From the human T2T-CHM13v2.0 reference genome, Homo sapiens, in NCBI RefSeq assembly GCF_009914755.1, contig NC_060935.1: 64,000 bases of DNA; one strand, 5' to 3'. Made by a program: the position numbers and the translations under genes. The notes beneath the pieces were generated by a model, which did not search any database, was not told the DNA's origin, and worked only from the letters and a program-made list of their open reading frames with translations. This document shows, piece by piece, positions 39,858 through 62,195 of this stretch; position 1 is the stretch's first letter; the number at the start of each line of letters is the position of its first letter.

Positions 39858-41760
39858 TCTCCCCTTTTCTGTTTATGTATTAATTGAAAGAATGTAAGGC
39901 CAGGCTGGGCAGCTCTCATTTTCCAATTGGCGGTCCATCCAATTTTACAGACTATGAACAGAAGACAGAGACAAAACCACATTATTCCAAGAACTGCATA
40001 TAAGATGGTAATGTGGTGCCTTAGATAGGTCCAAGGGTTGAGGCTCTCCAGGCCTTGCTGGAATTCAGTCCAGTCTTCTAAAGAAGGCTGAAATTCTTGA
40101 GTTTGCCTATTTAAATCAAGAATTTTGTTTTGTAATTCACCAATATCAAAGGTGATGTTGGATGTGAACGCTCCCTGCAAATGGGCTTTCGCAAGGTCCC
40201 ACGGATACTCACTTTGGTTATATTCTAAGTTGTTTACACAAATATGAGTGTTATTAAAATGATAACGCAATTGCTGTTGCAACTGCAAGTTTTGTACTTG
40301 TTCTCCTAACCATAGAACCATGGATTTTAACATTGCCACTTAAGCTTATAACTCAGTGTTAATTTTATTCTGAAGTAGCCACACTTGTTTGGCTGTGTGC
40401 GTCCAGTTCTCCACGTACTGAGCTGTTTGAATAGAATTATGCAAAGCTACAGAAGACATCACGACAAAAGTTATTAGTGTGACCAAGGAAACGATAGCAA
40501 AAATTATCATGCCTAAGGCTCTACAGACACAATGAGTAAGCTGAGTTAGAAGAAGTGTCACAAAATGCCAGGCAGGTGTGGCAGCCCAAGGCTCAGACAG
40601 ATTAACAGGAATCCATCACCCAGGGATGCAACCTAAAATCATCAAAGTAGAGAGATTATGTGTTTGCCATGTGCTATGATGAATGCAGTTATATAACTGG
40701 CAAGATTTACAGGTTAATTCGGTATTGTTTACCTGGAACTGGTCCTTCTTAGCTGCCAAAAAGACATAAGGATTAAACACACAAACTGTAAATTGAGTGG
40801 TGATATCTTTACAAATGTAACATTAGACTGCATTGCTTACTATTGCTATTATTGGATAGTATCCTAATCCAGATGCTGCGATTCGTAAATGGGAGTGCTG
40901 CCTTCCACATCATCTCTTTAATTGGTCCTTTCCTCCCTAGATAATGCCACTGAGGAAGAGGCGGGCTAAAGCTTGCTCCGTGCCAAGCAATCTGGGTAGC
41001 AGACTGGGATTGGATCCCAGTATTGTATAAAGAAGAAGCATTAAAAGCTTGCCACCAATGCCAGCGAAGTTTGTGCCATGATTTCTGATTTTCATCTTTT
41101 CCATCTAATTGATCTTTAGGTCCCCAATCCACAATGTCTCCAGTTAACATAGATTGTTTTCTAGCCAGTGGACCAAGACACTGGGTCCATAGATGGGGGT
41201 AGGAAATACTGAATGGAACCCATTCCGTATAATCAGCACAATTAGGGTGATTGGGCCAGGAATGGTTGGTTAGCACACCAGTTACGTTAATAGAACCAAG
41301 ACTTAACAGGTGCATGACTTTTTCATAGTGACTCAACCATGTTTGAGCTTGAATTTAAGACAGCTATGGCTGAGCGATGTCTTTGTGGTGATACACAAAG
41401 GAAGTCCTTCCAGTGGAGCAGTATAATTAATGACATTATTCTGAGAGTCTAACTGTTCTATGTCAGGGGGAGTCAGGAGTCCTGGAGCCCACTCTCCCTG
41501 ATCATGATAAAGCTCAGGAGGAGTGTCACTCCAAAGAATAGGTCATACTACTGGGGGATTGGGAACATATGCCCAATATGTTTTTGCCTCTGCACAGGGA
41601 AAACATATCACATAGGACATTATGGCTAACATGGCCAAGAACATGGAATCAGGGGTTCTGGCCTGTCCCTGATGCTACAGTAGTTTCTCAGCTTCCTGCA
41701 TGGTTTTCTTGAGTTGTCCCCAGCTTATGGGGGTTGATGTCATTGGGCTCTGGTCGGACT
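39845..41760 (-). pseudogene. env: HML-6 env remnant (signal peptide/Rec-like region, SU, TM), fragmented
   Basis: SWGQLKKTMQEAEKLL, TYWAYVPNPP, fusion-peptide-like ALGMIIFAIVSLVTLI, and a 164-aa TM ORF (39845-40339) with a hydrophobic anchor. Confidence 0.92.
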
Positions 41761-41799
41761 TCTCTCTGTCTTTGCACTCAGGCTCAGCTGGCTCACGGC

Positions 41800-42456
41800 T
41801 CGTACCGGAGGGACCGGGCCCATGGTTGGCCACCCTGGGCTCCTCAAGTCTCCCGTTCCATGGTCGCACACACCTTGAGGGCACCCACACGGCTTATCCA
41901 TCTCCTGTAAAAACACAAGCATACCCTCGTCCCCATATTAGTAAATACACCAGACCTTTCCATTGTCCTTCTTCCGGGGATTTCTATAACACTTTCAGAT
42001 AAACTTTCCTCTTTTCATCTAACAATTGCCAATGTCTTTCTTCTGGAGTCTTACCATTCATACCAGGAGTCAAAAAATTTAAGGTAAATAAGGCTAAATG
42101 TAGTTTTGATTGAGGTGGTAGTTGGCCTCCTATATCCCTTTTTTGTCTTTTCAATATGCATTGTAATGTTTGATGTGCCTGCTCTATAATGCCTTGTCCT
42201 TTAGGGTCATAAGGAATTCCTGTTTTATAGGTTATAGCCCAAAGCTGTAAGAAATTTTTAAAAGTGTGACTAGTATTAGCAGGTCCATTGTCAGTTTTTA
42301 ATTGTTTAGGTATCCCCATATGAGCAAATGATGACAGACAATGTCACTGTACATGACCAGCTGTCTCACCTGTTTGGCATGTAGCATGCAGCATATGAGA
42401 ATAAGTGTTTATAATTGCATGAACATAGCTAAGCTTACCAAAGGCTGCTATATGTG

Positions 42457-42512
<56 letters not shown>

Positions 42513-42875
42513 TATAATTGCTATACGTGACTGGCTACATTTACAACATAAGCTGAATCACAGACAACGTTGATAGGATCTGAAGCTGTGAGCTGTAAAA
42601 CCTGAATGACTGCAATTAGTTCTGAGCATTGAGCTGAAACCCCAGAGGTCATTATTGTTTCCAGACTTTTTTGGAATAACAAATTCCGGTGAATTCCAGG
42701 GGCTAACTGACGTTTCTATATGTCCTGCATTCAATTGCTCTTTTACCAACAGGTGAAGTTGACCTAGCTTCTCCTGTGTTAGGGGCCATTGATCCACCCA
42801 CACAGGTTTGTCACTAAGCCATTCTAATGATAAGGCAGGGGGCGGAGGAGAAATATCAATGACCCCCATCAGAAA
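41800..42875 (-). pseudogene. pol: HML-6 pol remnant with two large deletions (RT N-terminus, RNase H fragment, integrase core/C-terminus)
   Basis: WVDQWPL...[15 protein letters not shown] joins directly to RNase H-like [14 protein letters not shown]...DSAYVV; integrase MGIPKQLKTDNGP...TGIPYDPKGQGIIEQAHQTL and WVPSRCVRP. Confidence 0.92.
42458..42518. repeat. (TG)n(TA)n microsatellite inside pol
   Basis: Directly visible. Confidence 0.95.
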
Positions 42876-43760
42876 TCCTGATGTCCTAATGCTTTTCTAT
42901 CTGTTTTTCCAGTTACTGATATCAGGTTAGGGTTTCCTTGTAGAAATTTCCCTAAACCTTTTCTACTCTGATATCTCATGACCTTCAACATTTTAAATTC
43001 TGGTTATCAAAGTTTTCATTTATAAGCCTCATATCCCATGCTGTAAGTAAGTCTCAACCCCATAAATTGACAGCTATATTTGCAACATAAGGCTGAAAAG
43101 TACATGACTGTCCATCTGGACCAAGACAAGGTAAAATCTCAGCATTTGTTGAACACTTTGAGCTGTTCCTACTCCCAATAGGGACATAGAAGTTAATTGC
43201 AAGGGCCAGGATGGGGGCCAATTGTCTTTAGATACTACTGACACATCAGCTCCTATATCCATAAGCCCATAAAATTTCTTTCCTTTAACTTGTATTACAC
43301 AGGTGGGTCTACTAGAGGCTATGGGTTGGGATAGATAGATTTCCCATGCAGTTGTGCTCCCGAACCCTTTGTTTCCTTGCATCTCCTTTTGTGGAGAAGG
43401 GTGTAATTTGCAGGGAATAAGCAATAGCTGAGCAATATATTCTCCCAGTTCAAAAACCCAAAGATCTTGCGACATTAAAACTACTTGAATTTATCCTTCA
43501 TAATCAGAGTCAATCACTCCCGGGACTACAGTGATGCCCTGTAAGTTAAGATGGCTTTTGCCTAAAATTAATCCTGTGTATCCTGTTGGTAAAGGTCGCC
43601 AAATACCAGTGGGAACTTTGATAGGTTTGTCTCCACCAACTACTGTTATTCTTTCTCTGGCAGGTAGGTCTAATCCTGCACTTCCTGGTGTTCCTGGGGT
43701 GAGGGAATCAATGTGCCTCTGGGAACCCATCCCTGAAATGGGGTTGAGGTCTGGACTGGG
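42870..43760 (-). pseudogene. pro: HML-6 dUTPase-protease remnant
   Basis: dUTPase motifs TPGSAGLDL, GLILGKS, PGVIDSDYEG; aspartic protease motif GLMDIGADVSVV (DTG mutated to DIG). Confidence 0.92.
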
Positions 43761-45280
43761 AATGCCCTCATTGTTTGAGGGGCCTGGGTCCAGGCCCCTG
43801 TCTCGTTTCCCGACGGGGGTGCTATTTTGATGAAATTTTGAGTGGCACTGATTAGCCCAGTGATTTTCTTTGTTACAGCGAGGACAAAGTCCTGGCATTT
43901 TTTTCCGCTGAGTGGGGCACTGCATTGTAAGGTCCTTTCTGTCCTGAGATCTGGTGGCATTCCTTTTTAAAATGTCCAGTTTTTCCATAATTATAACATT
44001 TTCCCATTTTAGAGTTTGACCCTTGGCTCCTTTTAGATTTGTCAACTGCTGAATTAGCCATTGCTTGCACTAACATTGCAGATGGATGAAGCTCAGTTCC
44101 TACATCCTGACAAGCTCAGAGAAAATTTCCCAAGTTTTTTGTACACCTCACTGGTGCCAGTGCACGTTTACAATCCGCGTTTGCATTCTCAAAAGCTAGA
44201 GTTAAGGTTAGCATTTCTGCAGCCGCAGTGTGAGGAATATGACACTTCACTGCCTCTTGTAATCTTGCAAGAAATTGCGCATAGGGCTCCTGTGACCCTT
44301 GCATGATATGTAAGAAGGATTGTGCTGGGACTCCCTCTTCAGGAATTGTGGCCCAGGTGCATTTAGCAACCTGTGCACACTGCTGATAAGCAGCCTCTGG
44401 GAGTGTCATTTGTCGTTCCAGGTCTGAATAAGGGCCATTACATAACAGCATATCCTTTATAAATATCTCCATGTCCAGCAACACGATTCTGTCTAGCCTG
44501 CTCTGCACACATTTCTTGCCAATTTAAATTCCATGTCAGATATGCACTAGTGGACAAGCAAGTTCACACCAAGTGTTTCACATCAAAGGGTAAAAGACAC
44601 ATAGCACTGAACACAGATTCTAGCAATCCTAAAGTGAATGGGCTCCATATGCCATTATTTACTACACTCGCTTTTAATTCCTTCAACAACTTAAACTCTA
44701 GTGGAGTGTGTTCATGAATAACCTGCTGTGGATTATTTGGATCAGGCCTTATGGAAATAGGAAAAGCATAAGGTCCTAAGGGCTCTCCAGCCATGGCAGC
44801 AGAGCATAAAATTCTTTGTATTGGGGTCTCTATTTCTGCCACTGAAGGAGGCAGTACAGACATTTCTGCAACTGGAGGAGGTGGTATAGGCCAATTTTTA
44901 TCCTCCCTCTCCTGTTTCTTATTTTCAATTGGAGCTGTGGGTGGGACAACAGATTCTTTCAGATTTTTAGATTCAGCCTGCTGTCCTGCAGAATAATAAG
45001 GAGATAATGGCAGAAGCATAGTACGAACTAAACTCCAAGTGGAGAAAACAGAAGAATCAACTTTAAGACCTTTTTGATGAGCCCATTTTAATCCTTCTGC
45101 TGTTCTGTCCCAGTTTTCCACATCAAGAGTGCCTGCCTGTGAAAACCATAGGTTATGCAAAATAACCTCCTGCAGCAGCTTAGTTAGTGTCTGAGAACTA
45201 ACCTGAGCCCCAAACTGTCTCAACAGAACTTTGAGAAACTGCAGATAATGTTATTCTTCAATAGGCAAATTCTGCCCCAT
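43670..45280 (-). pseudogene. gag: HML-6 gag remnant (MA, CA, NC), with stops and frameshifts
   Basis: ATG at 45280 (MGQNLPIEE*); betaretroviral MA (HNLWFSQAGTLDVENWD); MHR-like IMQGSQEPYAQFLARLQEAV; zinc knuckles CYNYGKTGHFKKEC and CPRCNKENHWANQC. Confidence 0.92.
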
Positions 45281-45478
45281 GTTACCCTGATTGCAAAAAC
45301 TTCCCGTCCAGGACTTCTTTAAAGCACTGCTTCCAATACCTCTTTAGGACACTGATCAGTACCTCTTTAGGGCATTGACCTTATATCTGCTGCTGGCAGA
45401 CTCGTTCCGGGGTCCGTGTTTGCCTTGTCAATTTCAGTTCCTCTGCTCCAGCAGACCTTCTTCGCTCACATCCTTGAA

Positions 45479-45536
45479 GTCCTGTGTTCAGACGCCACTT
45501 GTTGTGCGCCTGATTGTGTTGCTGTTTGGGGTGCCA
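45479..45536 (-). other. Primer-binding-site region with two PBS-like copies; the distal one resembles the tRNA-Lys3 PBS
   Basis: TGGCACCCCAAACAGCAAC (45536-45518) and TGGCGTCTGAACACAGGAC (45497-45479), compared with canonical TGGCGCCCGAACAGGGAC. Confidence 0.75.
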
Positions 45537-45538
45537 CT

Positions 45539-45983
45539 TGTAGACAGCCATGATCCCTGGTGGATCAAACAAAGGGGGCAAATGCAGGAGTAAAAGATAA
45601 AGACAAAAGAGTATATTTGGAAGAATGGGTCAGGGGCACTTTGCCTCTAGTGGACAAGGGGCCCCAGCTTTACACAGCCCTCCATATTTATTGGTAAAAG
45701 AGATAACAAGAAGGAGGGGGAGTGGTTGTCAGCCGGCAGTTTGATTCACAGCAGGCTTGCAAGACTGCATCCTTGGAACAATAGGTGCTAGATTTCCCAG
45801 CAGATAACTTCAAGGAGCCCAGCGCCAGGGAGTGATGACCCTCAGCAAGCCTCCTGGAGGCAGGCACAGTCGTGAGTTCGCTCACATCCTGCATTCATGA
45901 TAAACAGTTTGCTGTTTGATCATATAGCCTCCAGTGGAATGCTGAGTTGGTCATGATCCCTTTGGTCTTTTTGGCTCCCAACA
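45539..45983 (-). mobile_element. 5' LTR (LTR3) of the HML-6 provirus
   Basis: Reverse complement TGTTGGGAGCCAAAAAGACCAAAGGGATCATGACCAACTCAGCATTCCACTGGAGG ... GGCTGTCTACA; contains AATAAA. Confidence 0.95.
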
Positions 45984-46111
45984 GGTCAGGATGGTTGCAG
46001 GGGTCCTGTAATCATCTCTCAGTCCTTGCTAATCCATGTATAAGGTGCAGTTCCTCTGGTGTTAATGTCTAGCAAATGGACTTTGTATCTTAATATGAAG
46101 GAAAGGGAAGG

Positions 46112-46775
<664 letters not shown>

Positions 46776-47282
46776 AGGTCAAGGGAAAATGACCTTCTCA
46801 TGAATACTCCCTAAGGAAAGAAGCTATTGACCTGCTTACTGAAGTTTTGCTGACATTGACTGCTTGCAGGGTGCTGTCCTTAGTGCTTTATTTAATCCTC
46901 ACCGTTCCCCTGAGAGTAGGGCCTATCATTTCTAATTTTAGAGATGAAGAAACCAAGGCTCATAGAGGTTGACGAAGGTATTTTATACCATACAACCAGT
47001 AATCATGGAGGGGCCATCTGAACCCATGTATTTGATCATTTTATTAAAATACCTCAAAAAAAAAACTCTCCTCTTTCTTAAGGAAACAAGCCCATATAAA
47101 TTTAGTGGAGGGGAAAAATAAATGTAGCAGTAGTGAGAGGTCACTGAACTGTAGCCCTGAGGCTACATTTTGATCTGGGACCTCATATGTAGATCTGAGA
47201 CCCCATGGAGTGCCCCCTGCTTGTAAGTTTCATGAAGTCAGGGATTGTATCATCCCAAATCCACTGCCCAGAAGGCATGTAG

Positions 47283-47794
<512 letters not shown>

Positions 47795-48841
47795 TAAAGT
47801 GGGGATAAGAGGAATTTAATAAGGATTATATGAGATAATGCATGTAAAGCGTTTGTCTTAGCACGGTGTGGGCGACACGTGCTCCAGAGTCTCGCTGCCA
47901 TTGCTCCACCTGCACTGGGCCTGCTTCAGTCCCTGAGCCTCTGTCAGGACACATGGGGCCGGCACAGAGAGGTGCATTTCACTATCCCAACTCTGAGATG
48001 CAGCCGCTGCTGGGTCTGATCCGGCCTCGAGGCATCTGCTCTCCCACCTCTGCCCTGTCTTTCTCTCATCCCCCCGCCCTGCTGAGCTTGGTCCTTGAGC
48101 CCACTCAGGGTGGCTGCTATCACTGTTTGCCTCCCCCACTTGGACCTGGGTCTCATCCAGGCTCTGACCCAGCTGCCAATTGGTGGGAAATCAGAAAGTG
48201 AAGCCTGTGTTGAACCGAACCGCGAGGGTGCGACCGGCCAAATCCAGATTGTGGGAAACTGCAGGTCAACAGTTTCTGGAGAATCTGTTATTGGGCTCTG
48301 CCCTAGAGAAACTGTAGGGAAGGAACAGATCCTCCAGAAATTAAAGAGGCCAAACAGTCATCTCCAGTTAAACAATGAGCAAGACTACAGAGTTTAGTGA
48401 TGTACACCTGTGTGGCCAGACTATCAAAAACTCAAGTTTGTGATTCTCATAAAAGTCAGGACAGGGAGCCAGGCGCGGTGGCTCAGGCCTGTAATCCCAG
48501 CACTTTGGGAGGCTGAGGCAGGCAGATCACGAGGTCAGGAGTTCGAGACCATCCTGGCCAACATGGTGAAACCCCATGTCTACTAAAAATACACAAATTA
48601 GCTGTGCGTGGTGGCACGTGCCTGTAATCCCAGCTACTCGGGAGGCTGAGGCAGGATAATCACCTGAACCAGGGTGTCAGAGGTTGCAGTGAGCCAAGAT
48701 CGCACCACTGCACTCGAGCCTTGTGAAAGAGCGAGACTCCGTTTCCAAAAAAAAAAAAAAAAAAATGTCAGGACAGGACTGGTGTTGGTGGGGAAGGTTT
48801 TTGGTTGGAAATTGGAAAGTTCTATTTTTAGACCTGGGTAG

Positions 48842-49305
<464 letters not shown>

Positions 49306-49444
49306 TAAAATGTACCCTGGGGGCAGAGCTGGGCATAGTGGTCCTTGCCTGTAATCCCAGCACTTCGAGAGGCCAAGGTGGGAGGATTGCTTGAGCTCAT
49401 GAATTTGAGACCAGCCTGGGCAACATGCCAAGACCCCGTCTCTA

Positions 49445-49802
<358 letters not shown>

Positions 49803-49805
49803 TCA

Positions 49806-49940
<135 letters not shown>

Positions 49941-50074
49941 CTAGTCCCAGTGCTGCCACACAAAGGCCACCTCTCTTTCTGCTCTCCCATCCTGCCTTTG
50001 TCACAATTCTGACCCGTTTAGAACCTAACCTAAGTCAAGGCCTGGACAGAGTTATTCTAAAGCAAAGTGAGTGA

Positions 50075-50106
<32 letters not shown>
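50075..50106. repeat. (TG)n microsatellite
   Basis: Directly visible. Confidence 0.9.
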
Positions 50107-50286
50107 CTCCAAGTGTACATATTTCCTTTTTACTTCTGAGATTATACCTTCTGGGACAGGTGGAAACCTTTCTTTTTCAAGTCCTTCATCTTCAGTGGCT
50201 ACTTACCATCCCCATAGCTGGAGTTTAAGGAAATCTATCCCTAAAGAAGGGGTCCAACCTCAGTCTTAACTTTTTTTTTTTTTTGA

Positions 50287-50744
<458 letters not shown>

Positions 50745-50747
50745 TGA

Positions 50748-51117
<370 letters not shown>

Positions 51118-51742
51118 TCATGTATGGACTTTTTACCTGATGAGCAGGTAAGCTTTACATTTTTATCCCACGAGCGCCACCTTCCTATCTCTCTTTGCTA
51201 TTTTTCTCTCTTTATCTGCACTGCTTGCTTCACATTTACTCCTTTCTGCATTTGGAAAGAGAAGAGGGAAAATGCATTTTAAAAAAAGAGGCGAGAAATG
51301 GAAACTAGAGAGGCCTCCCACTGGCCTCCCCCTATGGTGGCGTCCACTTAGCCACTTGGCCTCCGCCGTTCTGCTGCAGAAAAGTCAGTCTGTGTCTACG
51401 CTCATCCTGAAAACAGGCAGAGGTAGGAGCAAGGAGGCCTCCCACTGCCTTCTCTGGGGAGGGATCCTAAGTCCCGCGGAACATTTATAGAGTCCCTGCT
51501 CTCCAACAAGGCAAGAACCTTGTTGCAAAGGAGCACAAAGATCCCCAGAGAAGCCTGTGCAGGAAAGATAAAATGGAAAAACCCACAGTCAAAAAAGAAA
51601 GAAAAACAGCTGTGGCATTCCGAAAAGACAAGCGTCCACTGTTCTCTAATGTGGCTGGTTTTCCTAACTCCTCACATACTGATTCCCTCTTCACTGGATG
51701 TCCCCAAGGCCAGAGCACAGTCTGATTTGTCCAGAGCCACTT

Positions 51743-54341
<2,599 letters not shown>

Positions 54342-54436
54342 CCAACTAACCAGCTCTGAAGTTTTCACTTTTCCCTGGAGCTTTCTATTTCTTCTGCTAT
54401 CTTTTTTCCTTTTTTTTTTTTTTTTTTTTTTTTTGA

Positions 54437-54574
<138 letters not shown>

Positions 54575-55387
54575 TAATTTTGTATTTTTAGTAGAGATGG
54601 GGTTTCTCCATGTTGGTCAAGCTGGTCTCAAACTCCCAACCTCAGAAGATCCACCCACCTCGGCCTCCCAAAGTGCTGGGATTACAGGCATGAGCCACAG
54701 CGCCCAGCCTATTTCTTCTGCTTTCTTGTGGGCTATTTCTCCCCCTTGATCTTCTCTTCCAATGTTCCTTCCTCCTTTGCCTGGGAAGGCCCTGATGAAC
54801 ACCACCAGACTTGGATACCCACCTACCGATGGAGCAAATGAAGAGAGGATCAAGGACAAAGCCCTTTAACGTCCCTCCATCTTGGTGCCTCCCTCACCAG
54901 CACTCAGACCAGAAGTATCAGGCAGAGAAGAAGCCTTAAAAACTCTTTCCACAGTGTCCAGCCTTGGAGGAATTGGAGAACAGCAGCTAAAGCCTGAATT
55001 TGAGGGATAAAGATAAAGTATGGAGAAGGCCGAAATTAAACCCAAATCTGTATCAACTCAGGGCTTTCACAGGCAGCAAAGACCCCTAGATCTATCATGA
55101 ATCTGAGTCATTGCCTTGTAGCCCCTATCTAGCAGTTGATCTGTTGATATTTCCATTCTTCATTCAATTTCAACTTACAAGGGGACTTCTCTCACACCAG
55201 CACTCCACAAACTGTTGTGGGTGATGCCAAGACACCAAACGACAACATCCAGCCCTTAGTGAGCTGGTGGTGGGAATGTGAGAAGCACATGGAAGATACA
55301 TGCTGGTCTCTATGGTTAGTTCAGCATCCAACTGCACACACAGTTGATGCATGCCAGAGGAGTTCAAAGGAAGGTATATTTAGGGAC

Positions 55388-56830
<1,443 letters not shown>

Positions 56831-56983
56831 GTAGATAAAACAAAGGCTGGACAAAGTGATTGATTTTTCACTGTAGAGGTCACAGGACTGTACCCCTGGG
56901 CTTGGAACCGAGAATCAGGGAAGAATATAATGAAAGATCAAAGATGCTGGGGGCAAGATCTTGCATCCTTGACCCTTGAGTCA

Positions 56984-57377
56984 TGTGTTAGTTTCCTAGG
57001 GCTGTGGTAGCAAAGTACCACAAAGGTGGTGGCTTAAAGCAATAGAGATTGTCGAAGCCCAAAATCTGAAATCAAGGTGTGGGTCAAGGCCATGTTCCTG
57101 CCTGCAGCTCCAGGGGAAGATCTCTCCTTGCCTTCTTAGATTCTGGTGGCCACAGGCATTCCTTGGCTTGTGGGAGCATTGCTCCAATCGCCGCCCCTGT
57201 CTTCACCTTGGCCTTCTCCTTTGTGTCTCTGTGTCTTCTCCTCATCAAGAGGGCCCCCCAGGGTAATCCAGGACAACTTTATTGTATCTGTAGAGACTGT
57301 TTTCCCAAATAAGGGCAGATTTACAGATTCTGGGGCATGGACATATCTTGTTGGGGACGACCATTCAACTTACTACA
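56984..57377 (-). mobile_element. MLT1A/B/C-like MaLR LTR
   Basis: TGTGTTAGTTTCCTAGGGCTGTGGTAGCAAAGTACCACAAAGGTGGTGGCTTAAA ... CCATTCAACTTACTACA. Confidence 0.8.
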
Positions 57378-57589
57378 TGTGATATTCCTGATGTTTAGGG
57401 AATGCACTTTTTAAAATTTTTCTTCATTATATATATATATATTTTTTAGAGACGGGGTCTCACTCTATTGCCCAGGCTGGTCTCGAACTCCTGAGCTCAA
57501 GGGATTCTTCTACCTCGGACTCCCAAAGGGCTGGGAGTTCACAGGCGTGAGCCACTGCGCCTGACCGGGAAATGCGCTTTGATTTGTCA

Positions 57590-59350
<1,761 letters not shown>

Positions 59351-60296
59351 CAGCAAATAAGTTTCTGTTGTCACTGCTTTAATTCTGGTAAAATACATGT
59401 CACACAAAATTTACCATTTTAACCATTTTAAAGTGTACCGTTCCATGGCATTAAGTGCATTCATAATGTTGTGTAACCATCACCACGATCTATTTCCAGA
59501 GATTTTCTGGGTTTATGCACATGTATTGAACAATCTGAGTATTCGTCAGATTCTGTTGAGAGAAGAGTGTGCAAAGTTTCTTGCGAGCCAGTGTTCCTGT
59601 CCATAAAGACCACCTCTGATGGGGGCTGCGATTTCCTCCAATTGTTTCCAGTTGGCTCCTGGGGCTGGGGAACATGACATCCTATTTTATTTTCCTTTTG
59701 CTTCTGCCTCAGCAGAACCTAGGAGAAATCCTGGCATGGTGCCGGATGATCAATTTCATCTGGACCTTAATGAGGACCGAGGCCCTGACACTCTATGCTT
59801 CCTGCCGCCTCCATGCACACACACAAGAGAATTCTGAGTGCAGTAAGGGTTAAAAATCCTTTTGACACTAACCTAAAGCTTTGCTCCCTCTGGTCCACAT
59901 GGGGAAATCAGTTACGGATAGGAAAGGTCGACTGAAGGATAGACAGAGTGCCTGATGTTTCCAGCTGAAATCCTAGGAGGCCTGACTGCAGAGCTCTGCA
60001 GAGAGGTCGGGAGGAGTGCGGAGGTGGTGGGGGTGGGGGTGTGTGTAGGGGTGGCTATGGTGTGCAGAGACCCTGGCTTTTCACTGTTGCCTTTAGAGAG
60101 GTCTTTAATGCCTACATTAACCCTAGGGCTACCGAGGGAGAACCTACAGCTTTGCAATACAGACTAAGAATGCTACTCCCTCTCTCTCCCACTGCCTATC
60201 CCCAAGATTGGGCTCCACTGAGTGATGTGTGTAGCTGCTAACAATTTCTTCTATAGTTTAATTTAGAATTGAGGCCATGCGGGTGTCTAGCTGGTA

Positions 60297-60717
<421 letters not shown>

Positions 60718-60778
60718 TCATAATCCTCTGGGACGAAACTGCATGGGCCATCCTACAGGTAAGAGGAGGAATCATATT

Positions 60779-62195
<1,417 letters not shown>

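Larger units (their letters stand above)
39415..45983 (-). mobile_element. HERV-K(HML-6) / HERVK3 defective provirus, 6569 bp
   Basis: Two ~444-bp LTR3-type LTRs with TG...CA ends, Lys-like PBS, PPT, betaretroviral gag-dUTPase/pro-pol-env order, 6-bp TSD GGACAG (39409-39414) / GGTCAG (45984-45989). Confidence 0.95.

Noticed and set aside
45305-45380. Three ~22-bp repeats in the proviral leader; CRISPR-like spacing considered
   Set aside because: Degenerate tandem repeats in a retroviral leader in a eukaryotic genome, with no unique spacers or cas genes; probably a family-wide feature.
51325-51345. Possible CTCF site (CCCTATGGTGGCG)
   Set aside because: Mismatches at core positions on both strands; cannot be supported without a PWM scan or ChIP data.
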